A stretch of DNA of 64,000 nucleotides from a virus. Taxonomy: Duplodnaviria > Caudoviricetes. The DNA lies in IMG/VR virus record IMGVR_UViG_3300049165_000080, positions 2,016-66,015 of that record. The stretch is one strand, 5' to 3'. This document shows, one piece after another, positions 18,277 through 27,457 of the stretch. The notes beneath the pieces are model-generated. The model did not search any database and had not been told where the DNA came from. It worked only from the letters and a program-made list of their open reading frames with translations. A program made the position numbers and the translations under genes. Within the stretch, counting starts at the first letter, position 1. Each line of letters begins with the position of its first letter.

Positions 18277-18639
18277 GTGAGCGAAGACGCCCCCGCACGC
18301 CCGTTCCTCGAACTGATCGAGGCCACCCTCGCCAGCCAAGGCAAAACCAAGACCTGGCTCGCCAAGCGCGCCGGAGTCAGCCGCGCCGCGATCAACAACT
18401 GGCGGGCGCAGCCCCGCACCCCGCAGGCATCGAGCGTCCTCGCCGTCGCCGACACCCTGGGCATCGACCACGACAAGGCGCTCAGGCTGGCCGGCCTCCC
18501 CTCTGCCGGCAGTACGCCACCCGATGACACGACGGACCTGTCCGCGTTCACCCCGCCAGCTCTCGTGGAGCGAATCCACCGCCTGACCAGCGAACTCGAC
18601 CGGCTTACCGACGAGCTCCACCGTCGCGTCAAGGACTGA
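18277..18639 (+). CDS. XRE-family repressor-like protein
   Basis: TWLAKRAGVSRAAINNWR...PQASSVLAVA. Confidence 0.85.
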   Translation: MSEDAPARPFLELIEATLASQGKTKTWLAKRAGVSRAAINNWRAQPRTPQASSVLAVADTLGIDHDKALRLAGLPSAGSTPPDDTTDLSAFTPPALVERIHRLTSELDRLTDELHRRVKD

Positions 18640-18719
18640 CACGGTCGTCTCCCTTCCTGGTCTGGGTGGCCCGCTGCTGCTCTTGGCCCCCGATCGGCGA
18701 GAGCAGCAGCGGGAGGGGG

Positions 18720-19133
18720 CTAGAACGGGGCGTCGAGAGAGATCGGCTCCCACAGGTGGACGGTCAGAGTCCGCCGCCACGCCTGCCCCTTGTGCTTGCG
18801 CGCCAGATCCAGGGCCGCCTCGGCGAAGTCGCCGTCCTGGATCGGGTCAGCCGGATCCGGCTGGACCTTGCCCAAGGTGACCGCCCACTCCTCGCGGGTC
18901 GGCAGCGCCTCCCACTCGGCGATCCGCTGGCGAGCCTCACGCAGCTCCGCGATCAGCTCCGGCACCCGCAGGTAGACGATCCGCCCCCATGCCGGGAGAC
19001 CGCCGGGCTCCTCGGCGAGGGCGTAGAGCTTCTGCAGGCCGTCCAGGTCGAGCGGTTCAGGCGCCGGGTACCAGTCGCACGGTTCGGGCTCTCGGTCGTC
19101 TCCCGGCTCGTACAGGTCGTCTACGTGCGTCAC
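18720..19133 (-). CDS. Hypothetical protein
   Basis: GTG start after GAAGGG; convergent with the XRE gene. Confidence 0.55.
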   Translation of the reverse strand: MTHVDDLYEPGDDREPEPCDWYPAPEPLDLDGLQKLYALAEEPGGLPAWGRIVYLRVPELIAELREARQRIAEWEALPTREEWAVTLGKVQPDPADPIQDGDFAEAALDLARKHKGQAWRRTLTVHLWEPISLDAPF

Positions 19134-19152
19134 GGTTGTTCCCTTCAGGGGG

Positions 19153-19497
19153 TCAGGGGGTGTCGATATCGGAGGGCGAGCCATATCGGGCGACGTCCTC
19201 CGCCATCGCTGCGAGGCAGCGCAGGCAGCACCCGCACGGCGTCTCATCCGGCTGCCGGGTCGTGCACCCGACCGCGCCGGCCGGGCAGTCGTGGTCAGCG
19301 GGGAGCTTCTCCTTGCACCAGCCGCAGTCCCGCATGTCCTGCACGGGCGGCATGGAAGCCACCGCCAGTGCAGCGACCAGCAGCCCCTCATCGGCGGCAC
19401 GGACAGCGCCACACCCCGTACAGGCCAGCCGGGTCTCATCGGCGGCGTGCGGGTGCACCTGGAGGCAGGAGGGACAGAACACCTCGATGACGCTCAC
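19153..19497 (-). CDS. Multi-CxxC zinc-binding protein
   Basis: CPSC, CTGC, CGWC, CGCCLRC. Confidence 0.65.
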   Translation of the reverse strand: MSVIEVFCPSCLQVHPHAADETRLACTGCGAVRAADEGLLVAALAVASMPPVQDMRDCGWCKEKLPADHDCPAGAVGCTTRQPDETPCGCCLRCLAAMAEDVARYGSPSDIDTP

Positions 19498-19880
19498 GAC
19501 GCCTCCCGATCCCAGGAAGCGACCAGCCAGCCCTCGGCCGTCGCCAGAGCCGGATTGGCGTGAACCCAGTTGTGGCAGTCACGGCACAGGCACACGCACT
19601 GGGCCGGGTCGGTGATGTCGGCGCCCCTCGAACGCATGCGCGGCTCGTGGACGTCGGTAGAGCGGGCCGCATCGCAGCGCTCGCAGGCGGGACGCTCGGC
19701 GAGGAGCTCGGCGACCAGCAGACGGCGAACCCGGTACGTCGCCTCCTGCTTCTTCGATCGCGCCTTCAGCGGCGCGTTCCGCTTGGGCGGGTTGGCCTTC
19801 GCCTTGAAGCCGGCGCCGCGAGGCATCTCCGTCTTCGCGTTCAGCGGCGTCTTCCGCTGGGGCATCGGCGAGCGCTTCAC
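19494..19880 (-). CDS. HNH endonuclease
   Basis: CERC...DVHE...CLCRDCHNWVH. Confidence 0.85.
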   Translation of the reverse strand: MKRSPMPQRKTPLNAKTEMPRGAGFKAKANPPKRNAPLKARSKKQEATYRVRRLLVAELLAERPACERCDAARSTDVHEPRMRSRGADITDPAQCVCLCRDCHNWVHANPALATAEGWLVASWDREAS

Positions 19881-20221
19881 AGTTGACCACCCGCCAACTG
19901 CATCTCCGCCCGCGCGGTGGACTGGATAGTCCTGCCGACGTCGATACGCGCATGCAAAGCGCGGATGTGCTCCTTCTGCAGCCGGACCGCGGCGGCGGCC
20001 TTGCCGAACACCCGCCACAACTGGTCGGTGCTCATCACTGCCGCCTGCTTGCGGTCCTCCACCGAGCCGACAGCGTCACGGAACGCCGCCGCGAACGCCA
20101 CCTTGAAGTCGCCCTCGGCCTCGACAGCGATGAACTCGAGGTCTGCCAGCTTGTTAACCCCGTCGTCCAGGTCGCGGGAGAGCTGGCCGAGCTGCTTGAC
20201 GATGGTGAGCATCTCGGTCAC
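19877..20221 (-). CDS. Helical hypothetical protein
   Basis: Coupled downstream of the recombinase. Confidence 0.65.
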   Translation of the reverse strand: MTEMLTIVKQLGQLSRDLDDGVNKLADLEFIAVEAEGDFKVAFAAAFRDAVGSVEDRKQAAVMSTDQLWRVFGKAAAAVRLQKEHIRALHARIDVGRTIQSTARAEMQLAGGQL

Positions 20222-21240
20222 GACGACTCACCGCCGTTCATCCACTTCTCGTCAACTTCGTCCAGCGCGTTCGAGCGCTCGGCCTGCTTCGGGTTCGAGA
20301 TCGTGTCCTTGACGAGCTTGTTGTGCTCCTTCTTCTGCGGGCCGGTCATCGTCCCCACGGCCTCAAGCTGCTCGTCGGTCACCTTCGACCTCGAGATGGT
20401 GCCGTCCTTGTTCCGGGGCAGCCCATCGGCGGGAAGCTCGAGCACCTTCTGTCGTTCCTTGATGGCCTCGAGCAGACGGTTCGCCGTCTCGGAGTTGATC
20501 CGCTGGCCGCGCATCGCGTCGATGACGTCCTGGCGGAACCCGCCCACATGCTCGAGGTCCGCTTCCGCGAGACGCTTCTCGAACACGCCCACCCAGTCGC
20601 CGTCCACCACGACTTGCGCGTCAGCGGCGTGCTGACGGGCAGGCGCGGCGCGCTGGCCGGCGTCCGCGACAGCGTTCTCAGCAGCGGGGTTGGCGCGGTC
20701 GCCCTTCATCCACTGCTCGAGCGCGACACCGAACCGCTGCCCGGCGTTCCGCAGCGCGTCCCCGATCAGCACCTTGACCGCGTCGGACTGCTTCGACGGA
20801 CACGACCCGTAGCCCGGCCTGGTGACGCCGCAAATCGTGAGCTTGATCCAGAGGCCAACCGGGTTGCCGAAGTCGTCCAGATCAAACTTCGGAGGCGCCG
20901 CATCCAGCACCAGCTTGATGACCTCGGGCTTGCCCGTCGCGACCGCAGCAGCCATAACCTGCGGATCCACATCGCGCTCGAGCGGCTCCCACGACCACTC
21001 GGGATCGACCTCGAGCAGCCGTTCGGTGACGTGCGCGTGGCCCACATAGTCGATGTGGATGTGCCGCTCCGACACCCACGCCTGGCACTCCTCACACCGC
21101 TTCTCGTGGTGCTTGCCGCACTTCATCTTCCTGTCTGAGCACTCCCGGCAGGTGACGCGCGGGAGCTTGCCGATCTGGTCGTCCTTGAACGGCACCATCA
21201 GCTCGAGCAGTTTGCTTCGCTCGAGGTCCGTCACGCTCAC
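20218..21240 (-). CDS. Rad52/Sak-like single-strand annealing protein
   Basis: IDYVGHAHVTERLLEVDPEWSWEP, GLWIKLTICGVTRPGYG, IGDALRNAGQRFGVAL. Confidence 0.8.
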   Translation of the reverse strand: MSVTDLERSKLLELMVPFKDDQIGKLPRVTCRECSDRKMKCGKHHEKRCEECQAWVSERHIHIDYVGHAHVTERLLEVDPEWSWEPLERDVDPQVMAAAVATGKPEVIKLVLDAAPPKFDLDDFGNPVGLWIKLTICGVTRPGYGSCPSKQSDAVKVLIGDALRNAGQRFGVALEQWMKGDRANPAAENAVADAGQRAAPARQHAADAQVVVDGDWVGVFEKRLAEADLEHVGGFRQDVIDAMRGQRINSETANRLLEAIKERQKVLELPADGLPRNKDGTISRSKVTDEQLEAVGTMTGPQKKEHNKLVKDTISNPKQAERSNALDEVDEKWMNGGESS

Positions 21241-21557
21241 TGGTTGTCGTCTCCCTCGTCGTTGGGGGTGTCGGTGTAGTCGCGCTTGCTGAGCTCGAAG
21301 TCGAGTTCCGCTTCGTGGCCGATGTCGGGTCCTTCGCCCACGGGGATGCCGGCGCGGCGGCGGGCGTAGCGGGCCACGTACGCGTCGATGGACGCCTCGG
21401 ATATCCGCACGTGGTCGTGCGTCGACTCGACGTTCAGGCCTGCCCGCTGGCCGTTAACCCCCATCACGTCCTGCGCGGTCAGCAGGCGGCCTGTCTCGTT
21501 CCAGATCCGGGTGATGGTCTGGCTGACGGTCAGCCAGCGGATAGGGGGCGCCGTCAC
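21237..21557 (-). CDS. Hypothetical, possibly HTH, protein
   Basis: WLTVSQTI...RISEASIDAYV resembles xis-like proteins. Confidence 0.55.
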   Translation of the reverse strand: MTAPPIRWLTVSQTITRIWNETGRLLTAQDVMGVNGQRAGLNVESTHDHVRISEASIDAYVARYARRRAGIPVGEGPDIGHEAELDFELSKRDYTDTPNDEGDDNQ

Positions 21558-21841
21558 AGGTCACCGCCCAGGAAGCGGACGTACAGGCAGCGCCGACCAC
21601 CGACAGTCCGCGACACGGCATCGAACTTGCCGATCAGAGCCAGCGCCTCAATACGGCCGTTACGGACGCGGGATGCGTACTGGCCGGCGGACAGGGCGTC
21701 GTTGAGGATGGCGACGCGCGCCCACTCGCCGGGCCTACGGGTCAGCTCAGAGGCGACCTCGCGCCAGGCGAGGGGCGGACCGCTGCCTACGCTGCTCGTT
21801 CGGGGCGGGTCCTCGAAGGCGACCTCTCGGGAGATAATCAC
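21554..21841 (-). CDS. Hypothetical protein
   Basis: FEDPP...ELTRRPGEWARV...YVRF. Confidence 0.65.
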   Translation of the reverse strand: MIISREVAFEDPPRTSSVGSGPPLAWREVASELTRRPGEWARVAILNDALSAGQYASRVRNGRIEALALIGKFDAVSRTVGGRRCLYVRFLGGDL

Positions 21842-22230
21842 GCCGCTACTCCCGTCTGTGCGGCGAGGCTCGCGGCCTTGGCCAGCGCCTCGAACACCTC
21901 GGAGTTCTCCGGTCGTGCGTCTCCCGGGAGGCGCTCGCCGTCATGCCACCGGCCGATCTCGACGCACAGGTCTTCCAGGTCTGCGGTCGCCACGCTGGGG
22001 ACGGCCACCGAGGCGAACAGCCGGGCCGCCGCCACCAGCTCGCAGTCCTTACGCGCCTGCTCTTCCTCGTCCAGTTCCTGCAGCGCGACCCACAGGCGCG
22101 GGTCCTGGCCAGCGGCGACAGCCATCGCGCCGAGGACGCACACCTTCCCGGCGTACTCGTAGTTGTTGAAGCACCGGCCGCGCTGCTGCAGGACGCCGAT
22201 CGTGGCGTGCAGGATCGTCTCGGCGTTCAC
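21838..22230 (-). CDS. DUF6197-like protein
   Basis: VLQQRGRC...VCVLGAMA...WHD...EVFEAL. Confidence 0.65.
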   Translation of the reverse strand: MNAETILHATIGVLQQRGRCFNNYEYAGKVCVLGAMAVAAGQDPRLWVALQELDEEEQARKDCELVAAARLFASVAVPSVATADLEDLCVEIGRWHDGERLPGDARPENSEVFEALAKAASLAAQTGVAA

Positions 22231-22357
22231 CGCGTCTCACCGACCCGGTTCTCGAAGTTGATGACCGCCTGCCGGTAAGCGCGCGGAGAGAGGCGCTTCA
22301 GGTCCTCCCACACTTCGGTCTGGCCGGCCACGTCGGCAGGGGCGGGGATTGGGGAGG

Positions 22358-22795
22358 TCACTTCGACACCTCCGCCTGCTTGCGCGGGGTGCCGTCCAGG
22401 TCGAAGGAGAGCGCGTACTGGACGTCCTCGATCACGCCGACCACGACACGGCTACACACCCGGTCTGCCGTGGTGTACACCTTCACGTGCAGCGGCCCGA
22501 ATCCGATCTTCACGCCGCCGTGCTTGCCGTCCGCCCACTCCTCGACCGGGGCGCCGAACTCGCGTCCCCTCTTCGCCGCGTCCACGATGAACGCGACAGG
22601 GTCCTCGCCGTACGGGGGAACGATGTTCGTGTATCGCGCCAGGTAGACGGTGGCGCGCTCCGCCAGGTCCGGGTTCGCGGAAAGGAATGCCGCCACCTGC
22701 TCGTAGGCGCGGGCGTACTCCAGCGCCTCAGCGACGGACTTGGGCTGCTCGGCCTCCGGCGTCGTGCCGGTCTCGGCCTGCTCTATCGTGGTCAT
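22358..22795 (-). CDS. Hypothetical protein
   Basis: AAGGAG RBS before MTTIEQ. Confidence 0.65.
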   Translation of the reverse strand: MTTIEQAETGTTPEAEQPKSVAEALEYARAYEQVAAFLSANPDLAERATVYLARYTNIVPPYGEDPVAFIVDAAKRGREFGAPVEEWADGKHGGVKIGFGPLHVKVYTTADRVCSRVVVGVIEDVQYALSFDLDGTPRKQAEVSK

Positions 22796-22987
22796 TGCCT
22801 GCTCCTTGTTCATGGTCCGAACGGGTTGAGCGGGACTCGCGGGTCCGGCAGTTGGCTCTGCTGGGCCCGCACTTACGTGGTCAGGGCTGGAGGTATCCGG
22901 CGGCGATCTCAAGCGCGTCGTCGAGGTCGAGCCGCAGGCAGTGGACTGCAAACGCCTCAGCGCACGCGGCGCCGTACTCGGCGGCGG

Positions 22988-23326
22988 TCATGCCGCGCCC
23001 TGCTGCCGGTAGAGGCGGCTGACGGAGAAGTCAGCGGTCGGGATGTTCGCGGCGTTCGCCGGCATGGGCTTGTGCTGCTGCACTGGCCTGGCGGGCTGCG
23101 GCTTGCGGCGCTCGGCCGTCTGCTGCTTCTCGCGCGGCTTGGCCTGCTTGGGCTCCTGTGCGCCGTCGCGGATGATCTGGGTGAGCTGTTCGTCGGTCCA
23201 CGAAACGTGATGGCCGATCTTCGTGCGGGGGATGTTGCCTGCCGCACCCTGCTGGTACATCCAACTGGGGCTCTTGCCGACGATCAGAGCCGCCTGGTGT
23301 ACGTCGTACTTCTTGGGGGGCGTCAT
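22988..23326 (-). CDS. Excisionase-like HTH protein
   Basis: YDVHQAALIVGKSPSWMY...IPRTKIGHHVSWT. Confidence 0.8.
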   Translation of the reverse strand: MTPPKKYDVHQAALIVGKSPSWMYQQGAAGNIPRTKIGHHVSWTDEQLTQIIRDGAQEPKQAKPREKQQTAERRKPQPARPVQQHKPMPANAANIPTADFSVSRLYRQQGAA

Positions 23327-23580
23327 GCGGGCTTCCGCTCGGGCTCGCTGTCGGGTGTGAGTAGGTCGTCGATCTCGACGTTGAGCGCTGTCGCCAGTGC
23401 GGTCAGGAGGGGCGGCGAGGGCTTGTCGCCGCGCTCCAGCTGGCTGATGCGGGTGCGGTCGATCTTGTGTCCAGCCTCGCCGCAGAGGCGTGCGAGGTCC
23501 GCCTGCAGGAGCCCGCCGCGTTCGCGGTGTCGCCGGAGGCGTCGGCCGTCGAACGGGAGGCTGTTCTCCGTCTTTGCCAT
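23323..23580 (-). CDS. Cro-like XRE repressor
   Basis: LRRHRERGGLLQADLAR...ISQLERGDKPSP; first gene of the leftward arm. Confidence 0.88.
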   Translation of the reverse strand: MAKTENSLPFDGRRLRRHRERGGLLQADLARLCGEAGHKIDRTRISQLERGDKPSPPLLTALATALNVEIDDLLTPDSEPERKPA

Positions 23581-23585
23581 GGCTT

Positions 23586-23698
23586 CACATTAGCTCTCAT
23601 GGCATCTCATCGTCAATAAAAACCTCTCATCCCTTCTCTTTTCCATCCATCACTTGAGTCATTGCCCGTAGTCAAGAGATGTCATGTGAGCTAAAGTG
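23586..23698. promoter_or_regulatory. cro/cI divergent operator region with inverted 23-bp sites
   Basis: CACATTAGCTCTCATGGCATCTC (23586-23608) matches the reverse complement of 23676-23698 at 20/23 positions. Confidence 0.75.
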
Positions 23699-23738
23699 AG
23701 GCGACGAGCGAGCAGACGACACACGGGAGGCTCGGGTC

Positions 23739-24197
23739 ATGCAGCCCGACCGCGAAGCTCCAGGTCGCCTAGATGCCGCGATGGACAAGAGGCGACTAGA
23801 ACTACGGCCACCGCTGAAGTGGAACCAGGTCGCCGAGAGAGCCGGCCTGTCCATCGGACACCTCAGCCGCATACGTAAGGGCGAGGCCCCGATCACCAAG
23901 CTGGCGGCCACACAGATCGAGACGGCCCTTGAGTGGGAGCCGGGAACCGTCGCCCAGATCATGGCCGACGAGACGACGGACACCGCCATCCCCAGCGTCG
24001 CCCCCTTGAAGGTCGTCCCGTCTCCCGGCGACTTCGCCGCGATCGAAAACCCTTCTCCGACCGAGGCGGCGATGATCGCCTACATGGCTGCGATGCGGAA
24101 GGAGATCGAGGAGCTCAACGCGAAAGTGGACGCCCTCGCGCGCGAACGCGATCGAGACGAGCCCAGCCAGAGCAGCCGTGACCAGAAGAGGGCATAA
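23739..24197 (+). CDS. CI-like immunity repressor
   Basis: WNQVAERAGLSIGHLSRIRKGE...IETALEWEPG; divergent from cro. Confidence 0.85.
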   Translation: MQPDREAPGRLDAAMDKRRLELRPPLKWNQVAERAGLSIGHLSRIRKGEAPITKLAATQIETALEWEPGTVAQIMADETTDTAIPSVAPLKVVPSPGDFAAIENPSPTEAAMIAYMAAMRKEIEELNAKVDALARERDRDEPSQSSRDQKRA

Positions 24198-24359
24198 CTG
24201 CTGTCCGAAATGACAAATTGGGACATTCCGGCTTTGGAATGTCACAGAATGACCACAATCCAGTAATGGGCATAGACCCCCCAAGGGGCGCAGGCGTCAC
24301 ATAAAGGTCCCGACAGCCCAAACGGCGGGATAGCAAACGCTCTGCACCATCATGGGGAG

Positions 24360-24746
24360 GTGGAGGACGTTTTGACGTCCCCAATTAGCAACGACGCTTC
24401 TTCCTACAGGTCCATCGAAAAACTGATCCAAAAAGCGCTGGGACTCACCAGTCGATCTCTGCGCGAACAAGCCCTCGCCCAGGCGATGGCCAACACTCGG
24501 ATAGAACTCGACGAAGCACGCCGCCAAGCCAGCATCGGCGGCGACGCCACAGCCACGCCCATAGAGGTCGTACAGGTGATGCGGGCCCCCAAGGGCGTGG
24601 ACCGCACCGCGGTCGTCTACCACGACGGAATGGTCATCAAAGCAAGGTTGCACCCGAGCGGTAAACGTAACCCGGAACGCGAGGCCGCAGTCTGGGCCTG
24701 CATCCGTGACACCGCCATAGCTACCCGAGAGCAGCAGAAGAAATGA
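24360..24746 (+). CDS. Hypothetical protein (lysogeny region)
   Basis: GGGAGG RBS; lower-GC sequence. Confidence 0.6.
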   Translation: MEDVLTSPISNDASSYRSIEKLIQKALGLTSRSLREQALAQAMANTRIELDEARRQASIGGDATATPIEVVQVMRAPKGVDRTAVVYHDGMVIKARLHPSGKRNPEREAAVWACIRDTAIATREQQKK

Positions 24747-25567
24747 GCGGCGAACAGCCGGAGGAGGAATCCGGCACAGTACATGAGTACCGGCGGCAGC
24801 ATTTGGAGCCGGAAATCGCTGCCATGTCCGTCGAGGTCGACGAGGACGAAAATCCGACACTGATTGTCAATATCGAGGATCCCACCGCGAAGAAGGCGAT
24901 CAAAAAGGTCATCGTCTGGCTCGGTGTCCTCGGCGGCATCACCGAGTGGCTGCGGCAGTCAACCCGCCAGCAGGTCGTAGCGGTCATGGCCGGCACCGCG
25001 ACGGTGGCGACCGCAGCCACCATGGCCGCCACGGACATGATCCGCGACAAGGACCAGACGGGCAGGGGACAGATCGTCACCGAGCGGATCATCACCCTGC
25101 CGCCCGCTCCGCCCGTGACCGTCACCGCCGCAGTCGAGCCCACGCCGACGAGAGCGGAGTCGACCAGCAGGGCGACGCCGCCCGCCAGCCGCCGTACCTC
25201 GCCGGTCATTGACCCCATAGCGCGTCCGGCACGCACCAGCGCGCGACCGACCCCGGCGCGGACCCGCGCCGTCAGGACGCTCTCTCCGGAACGAACCCGC
25301 GCCCCCGAACGGACCCGCGCACCAAACCCGACACGTGCAACCCGCCCGCCAGGCGACCTCGACCAGCCGGCATCCGTTCCGACCCCGACGACTCGGTCTT
25401 CAGTCCCCCTCCCGACTAGCCTCCCGACTTCCCTCCCGAATCTGGCTGAGCAGACCATCGCACCGGACCTCGATCTGCCACCCACCCTTGCCGCGGTCGG
25501 CGACGGGTGTGACGGGATCGTGCGGGTCGACCTGGATCCGCTGCTCGATGTGTGCGTGCTCGGCTAG
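24743..25567 (+). CDS. Membrane protein with Pro/Thr/Arg-rich extracellular stalk
   Basis: Hydrophobic segments then (E/N)RTRAP repeats and a C-terminal Cys pair. Confidence 0.7.
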   Translation: MSGEQPEEESGTVHEYRRQHLEPEIAAMSVEVDEDENPTLIVNIEDPTAKKAIKKVIVWLGVLGGITEWLRQSTRQQVVAVMAGTATVATAATMAATDMIRDKDQTGRGQIVTERIITLPPAPPVTVTAAVEPTPTRAESTSRATPPASRRTSPVIDPIARPARTSARPTPARTRAVRTLSPERTRAPERTRAPNPTRATRPPGDLDQPASVPTPTTRSSVPLPTSLPTSLPNLAEQTIAPDLDLPPTLAAVGDGCDGIVRVDLDPLLDVCVLG

Positions 25568-25604
25568 CTTGTCCCCATACCCCCCGACCCCTGGCGAGGT
25601 CCAG

Positions 25605-27326
25605 ATGGCACACGCGTATGTGCGCAATGGCGTGATCAACGTCCGATGGCGGAACGCTCCAGGTAAGACCCCTAAGTGGCCGTCCACCTCCCTCAACCCG
25701 GAAACTGGCCGGCCTTTCAAGACGGAGACCGAAGCGGAGAAGTGGGGCAACGAGCAGGAGGTGAAAGCCCGGCTCGGTCTCCTCGACGAGCCCGAGCCGG
25801 AGGCCGCGGATGATGACATCACCGTCAACGAGTGGTTCGTCCGCTGGTGGGACGGCCTCGATGTCGGCCTGCGAGCACGCGGCAATTACGCCTACCTGTT
25901 CCGGGCGCACGTCCTGCCGGAGTGGGGCGAGTGGAAGCTGGGGGACATCAAGGCTTCCGACGTCAACGCCTGGGAACAGCGCATGATCAAGGCAGGGTAC
26001 GCGCGTGACGGTGTCGCCAGCGGCGCCCGGACGCGCCTGTCGACCCTACTCGGCGATGCGGTCACCGAGAAGCTGATCGGCTCCAACCCTGCGCTGCGAC
26101 AGCGGCACCGGGGGCGCCGCTCCGGAGTCGGCACGGGGGGCCGCGGCAAGGAGAAGCAGGCGCTCACCCCGTTCGAGGCGCTGGCACTCGCCGAGCGGAT
26201 GGGCGTCATGTCGGGCCGCGACGACGAGTTCATCATGGGCGTCACCATGGCGTGGGGGACGCTCCGCTACGGCGAGGCGATCGGGCTGCAGCGCGCGTAC
26301 GTACGACTGGGCCAGATCCGCGTCGACTGGCAACTCATCGAAGCGGGCGGCGACTTCTACCTCGGACCGCCGAAGGACGACAGCAACAGGGATGTCGACA
26401 TCCCGCCGTTCTTGCAAGGCTTACTGAACCGGCAGATCGCCTCCCATCCGGAGCGGCGGTGCAGGTGCACGCCGAAGTCGATCGACGGCCAGCAGGAGCA
26501 GCCGTGCCAGGGCGGCGGCGCGTTCGTCTTCCTGGGCGAGCGCGGCGGCCACCTCCGCAACAGCAACTTCGCGCGGCGGGTGTTCGACCCTGCGACCGAT
26601 GGGTGGTACCCGACTTCGAAGGGCAGGCGCGGGACGAAGGAGCACCGGGACAAGGACCGGAAGGCCGGCGTGGCCTACAAGCCGATCCTGGTCGAACTGG
26701 ATAGCCCGTGGCCGGGCTCGCCGCTCCCGGCGTGGCCGGCGGCTGTCCCGGGGCAGCCGTACGAGGCTCCGCCGGTGCGCGGCTATCAGCGGCGCCCGCT
26801 CGGGCTGGGTGTGAACGTGGCCTCGTCGCGGACGGACCTGGTGGAGTTCGCTATCGGGCGGGGGGTGGCGGTGGAGGTGGCACACCAGATGACCCGGAAC
26901 GAGATTTTGGACCGGTTCGTTCGCTCCACCTATGTGTCGGAGTACGCGCCGGTCGCGTCGTGGGCGCCGATCAAGGAAGGGGTGACTCCGCACGAGTTGG
27001 CCCGGCACACGCATGCGACGTGGCTGATGGATCTGGGGACGCCGCTGCAACTCCGAGACGATCGGATGGGGCACGCGTCGCCGGAGATGCGGGGCATGCG
27101 CGGGACGTACTCGCATGTGTCACGGGAGTCGCGGGTGTGGCTGCGCGGGGAGTTGGAGCGGCTGTGGCAGGACGCGTTGGCGCGGCGGGCGTGGTTCGGT
27201 CTGCATTCTCCGGTCGCGGCGCTCGACGAGTTGCTGTCTCCGTTCCGTGACGGGAGGAAGGTTCCGGTCGCGCCTCACGAGTCGCGCGGGGAGGTGCTCC
27301 AATTCCCCGCCGTGCAGGTGGGTTAA
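25605..27326 (+). CDS. int: Tyrosine integrase with large insertions
   Basis: LRYGE (R), HELARHTHAT (HxxxR), RMGH, YSH; SAM-like N-terminal domain; next to attP. Confidence 0.92.
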   Translation: MAHAYVRNGVINVRWRNAPGKTPKWPSTSLNPETGRPFKTETEAEKWGNEQEVKARLGLLDEPEPEAADDDITVNEWFVRWWDGLDVGLRARGNYAYLFRAHVLPEWGEWKLGDIKASDVNAWEQRMIKAGYARDGVASGARTRLSTLLGDAVTEKLIGSNPALRQRHRGRRSGVGTGGRGKEKQALTPFEALALAERMGVMSGRDDEFIMGVTMAWGTLRYGEAIGLQRAYVRLGQIRVDWQLIEAGGDFYLGPPKDDSNRDVDIPPFLQGLLNRQIASHPERRCRCTPKSIDGQQEQPCQGGGAFVFLGERGGHLRNSNFARRVFDPATDGWYPTSKGRRGTKEHRDKDRKAGVAYKPILVELDSPWPGSPLPAWPAAVPGQPYEAPPVRGYQRRPLGLGVNVASSRTDLVEFAIGRGVAVEVAHQMTRNEILDRFVRSTYVSEYAPVASWAPIKEGVTPHELARHTHATWLMDLGTPLQLRDDRMGHASPEMRGMRGTYSHVSRESRVWLRGELERLWQDALARRAWFGLHSPVAALDELLSPFRDGRKVPVAPHESRGEVLQFPAVQVG

Positions 27327-27360
27327 TCGACTCCGTCGCGCAAATATCGCGCACAACACG

Positions 27361-27397
27361 AAACGCCCGACTCCAAGTGATCTTGGATCGGGCGTTT
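27361..27397. terminator. Hairpin terminator between int and the att core
   Basis: AAACGCCCGA..TCCAAG-TGAT-CTTGGA..TCGGGCGTTT. Confidence 0.8.
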
Positions 27398-27410
27398 TGC
27401 CTTGTCAGAC

Positions 27411-27457
27411 TGGGAGCCCCCAAACGGAATCGAACCGTTGACCTTCTCCTTACCATG
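27411..27457 (-). tRNA. 3' half of tRNA-Thr(GGT); att core, not a complete tRNA
   Basis: Reverse complement CATGGTAAGGAGAAGGTCAACGGTTCGATTCCGTTTGGGGGCTCCCA = anticodon loop, T arm and acceptor 3' strand; no D arm or 5' strand upstream. Confidence 0.88.

Noticed and set aside
27411-27457. Complete tRNA gene
   Set aside because: Only the anticodon loop to the 3' end is present; the upstream sequence has no D arm or 5' acceptor strand, so it is an att core.
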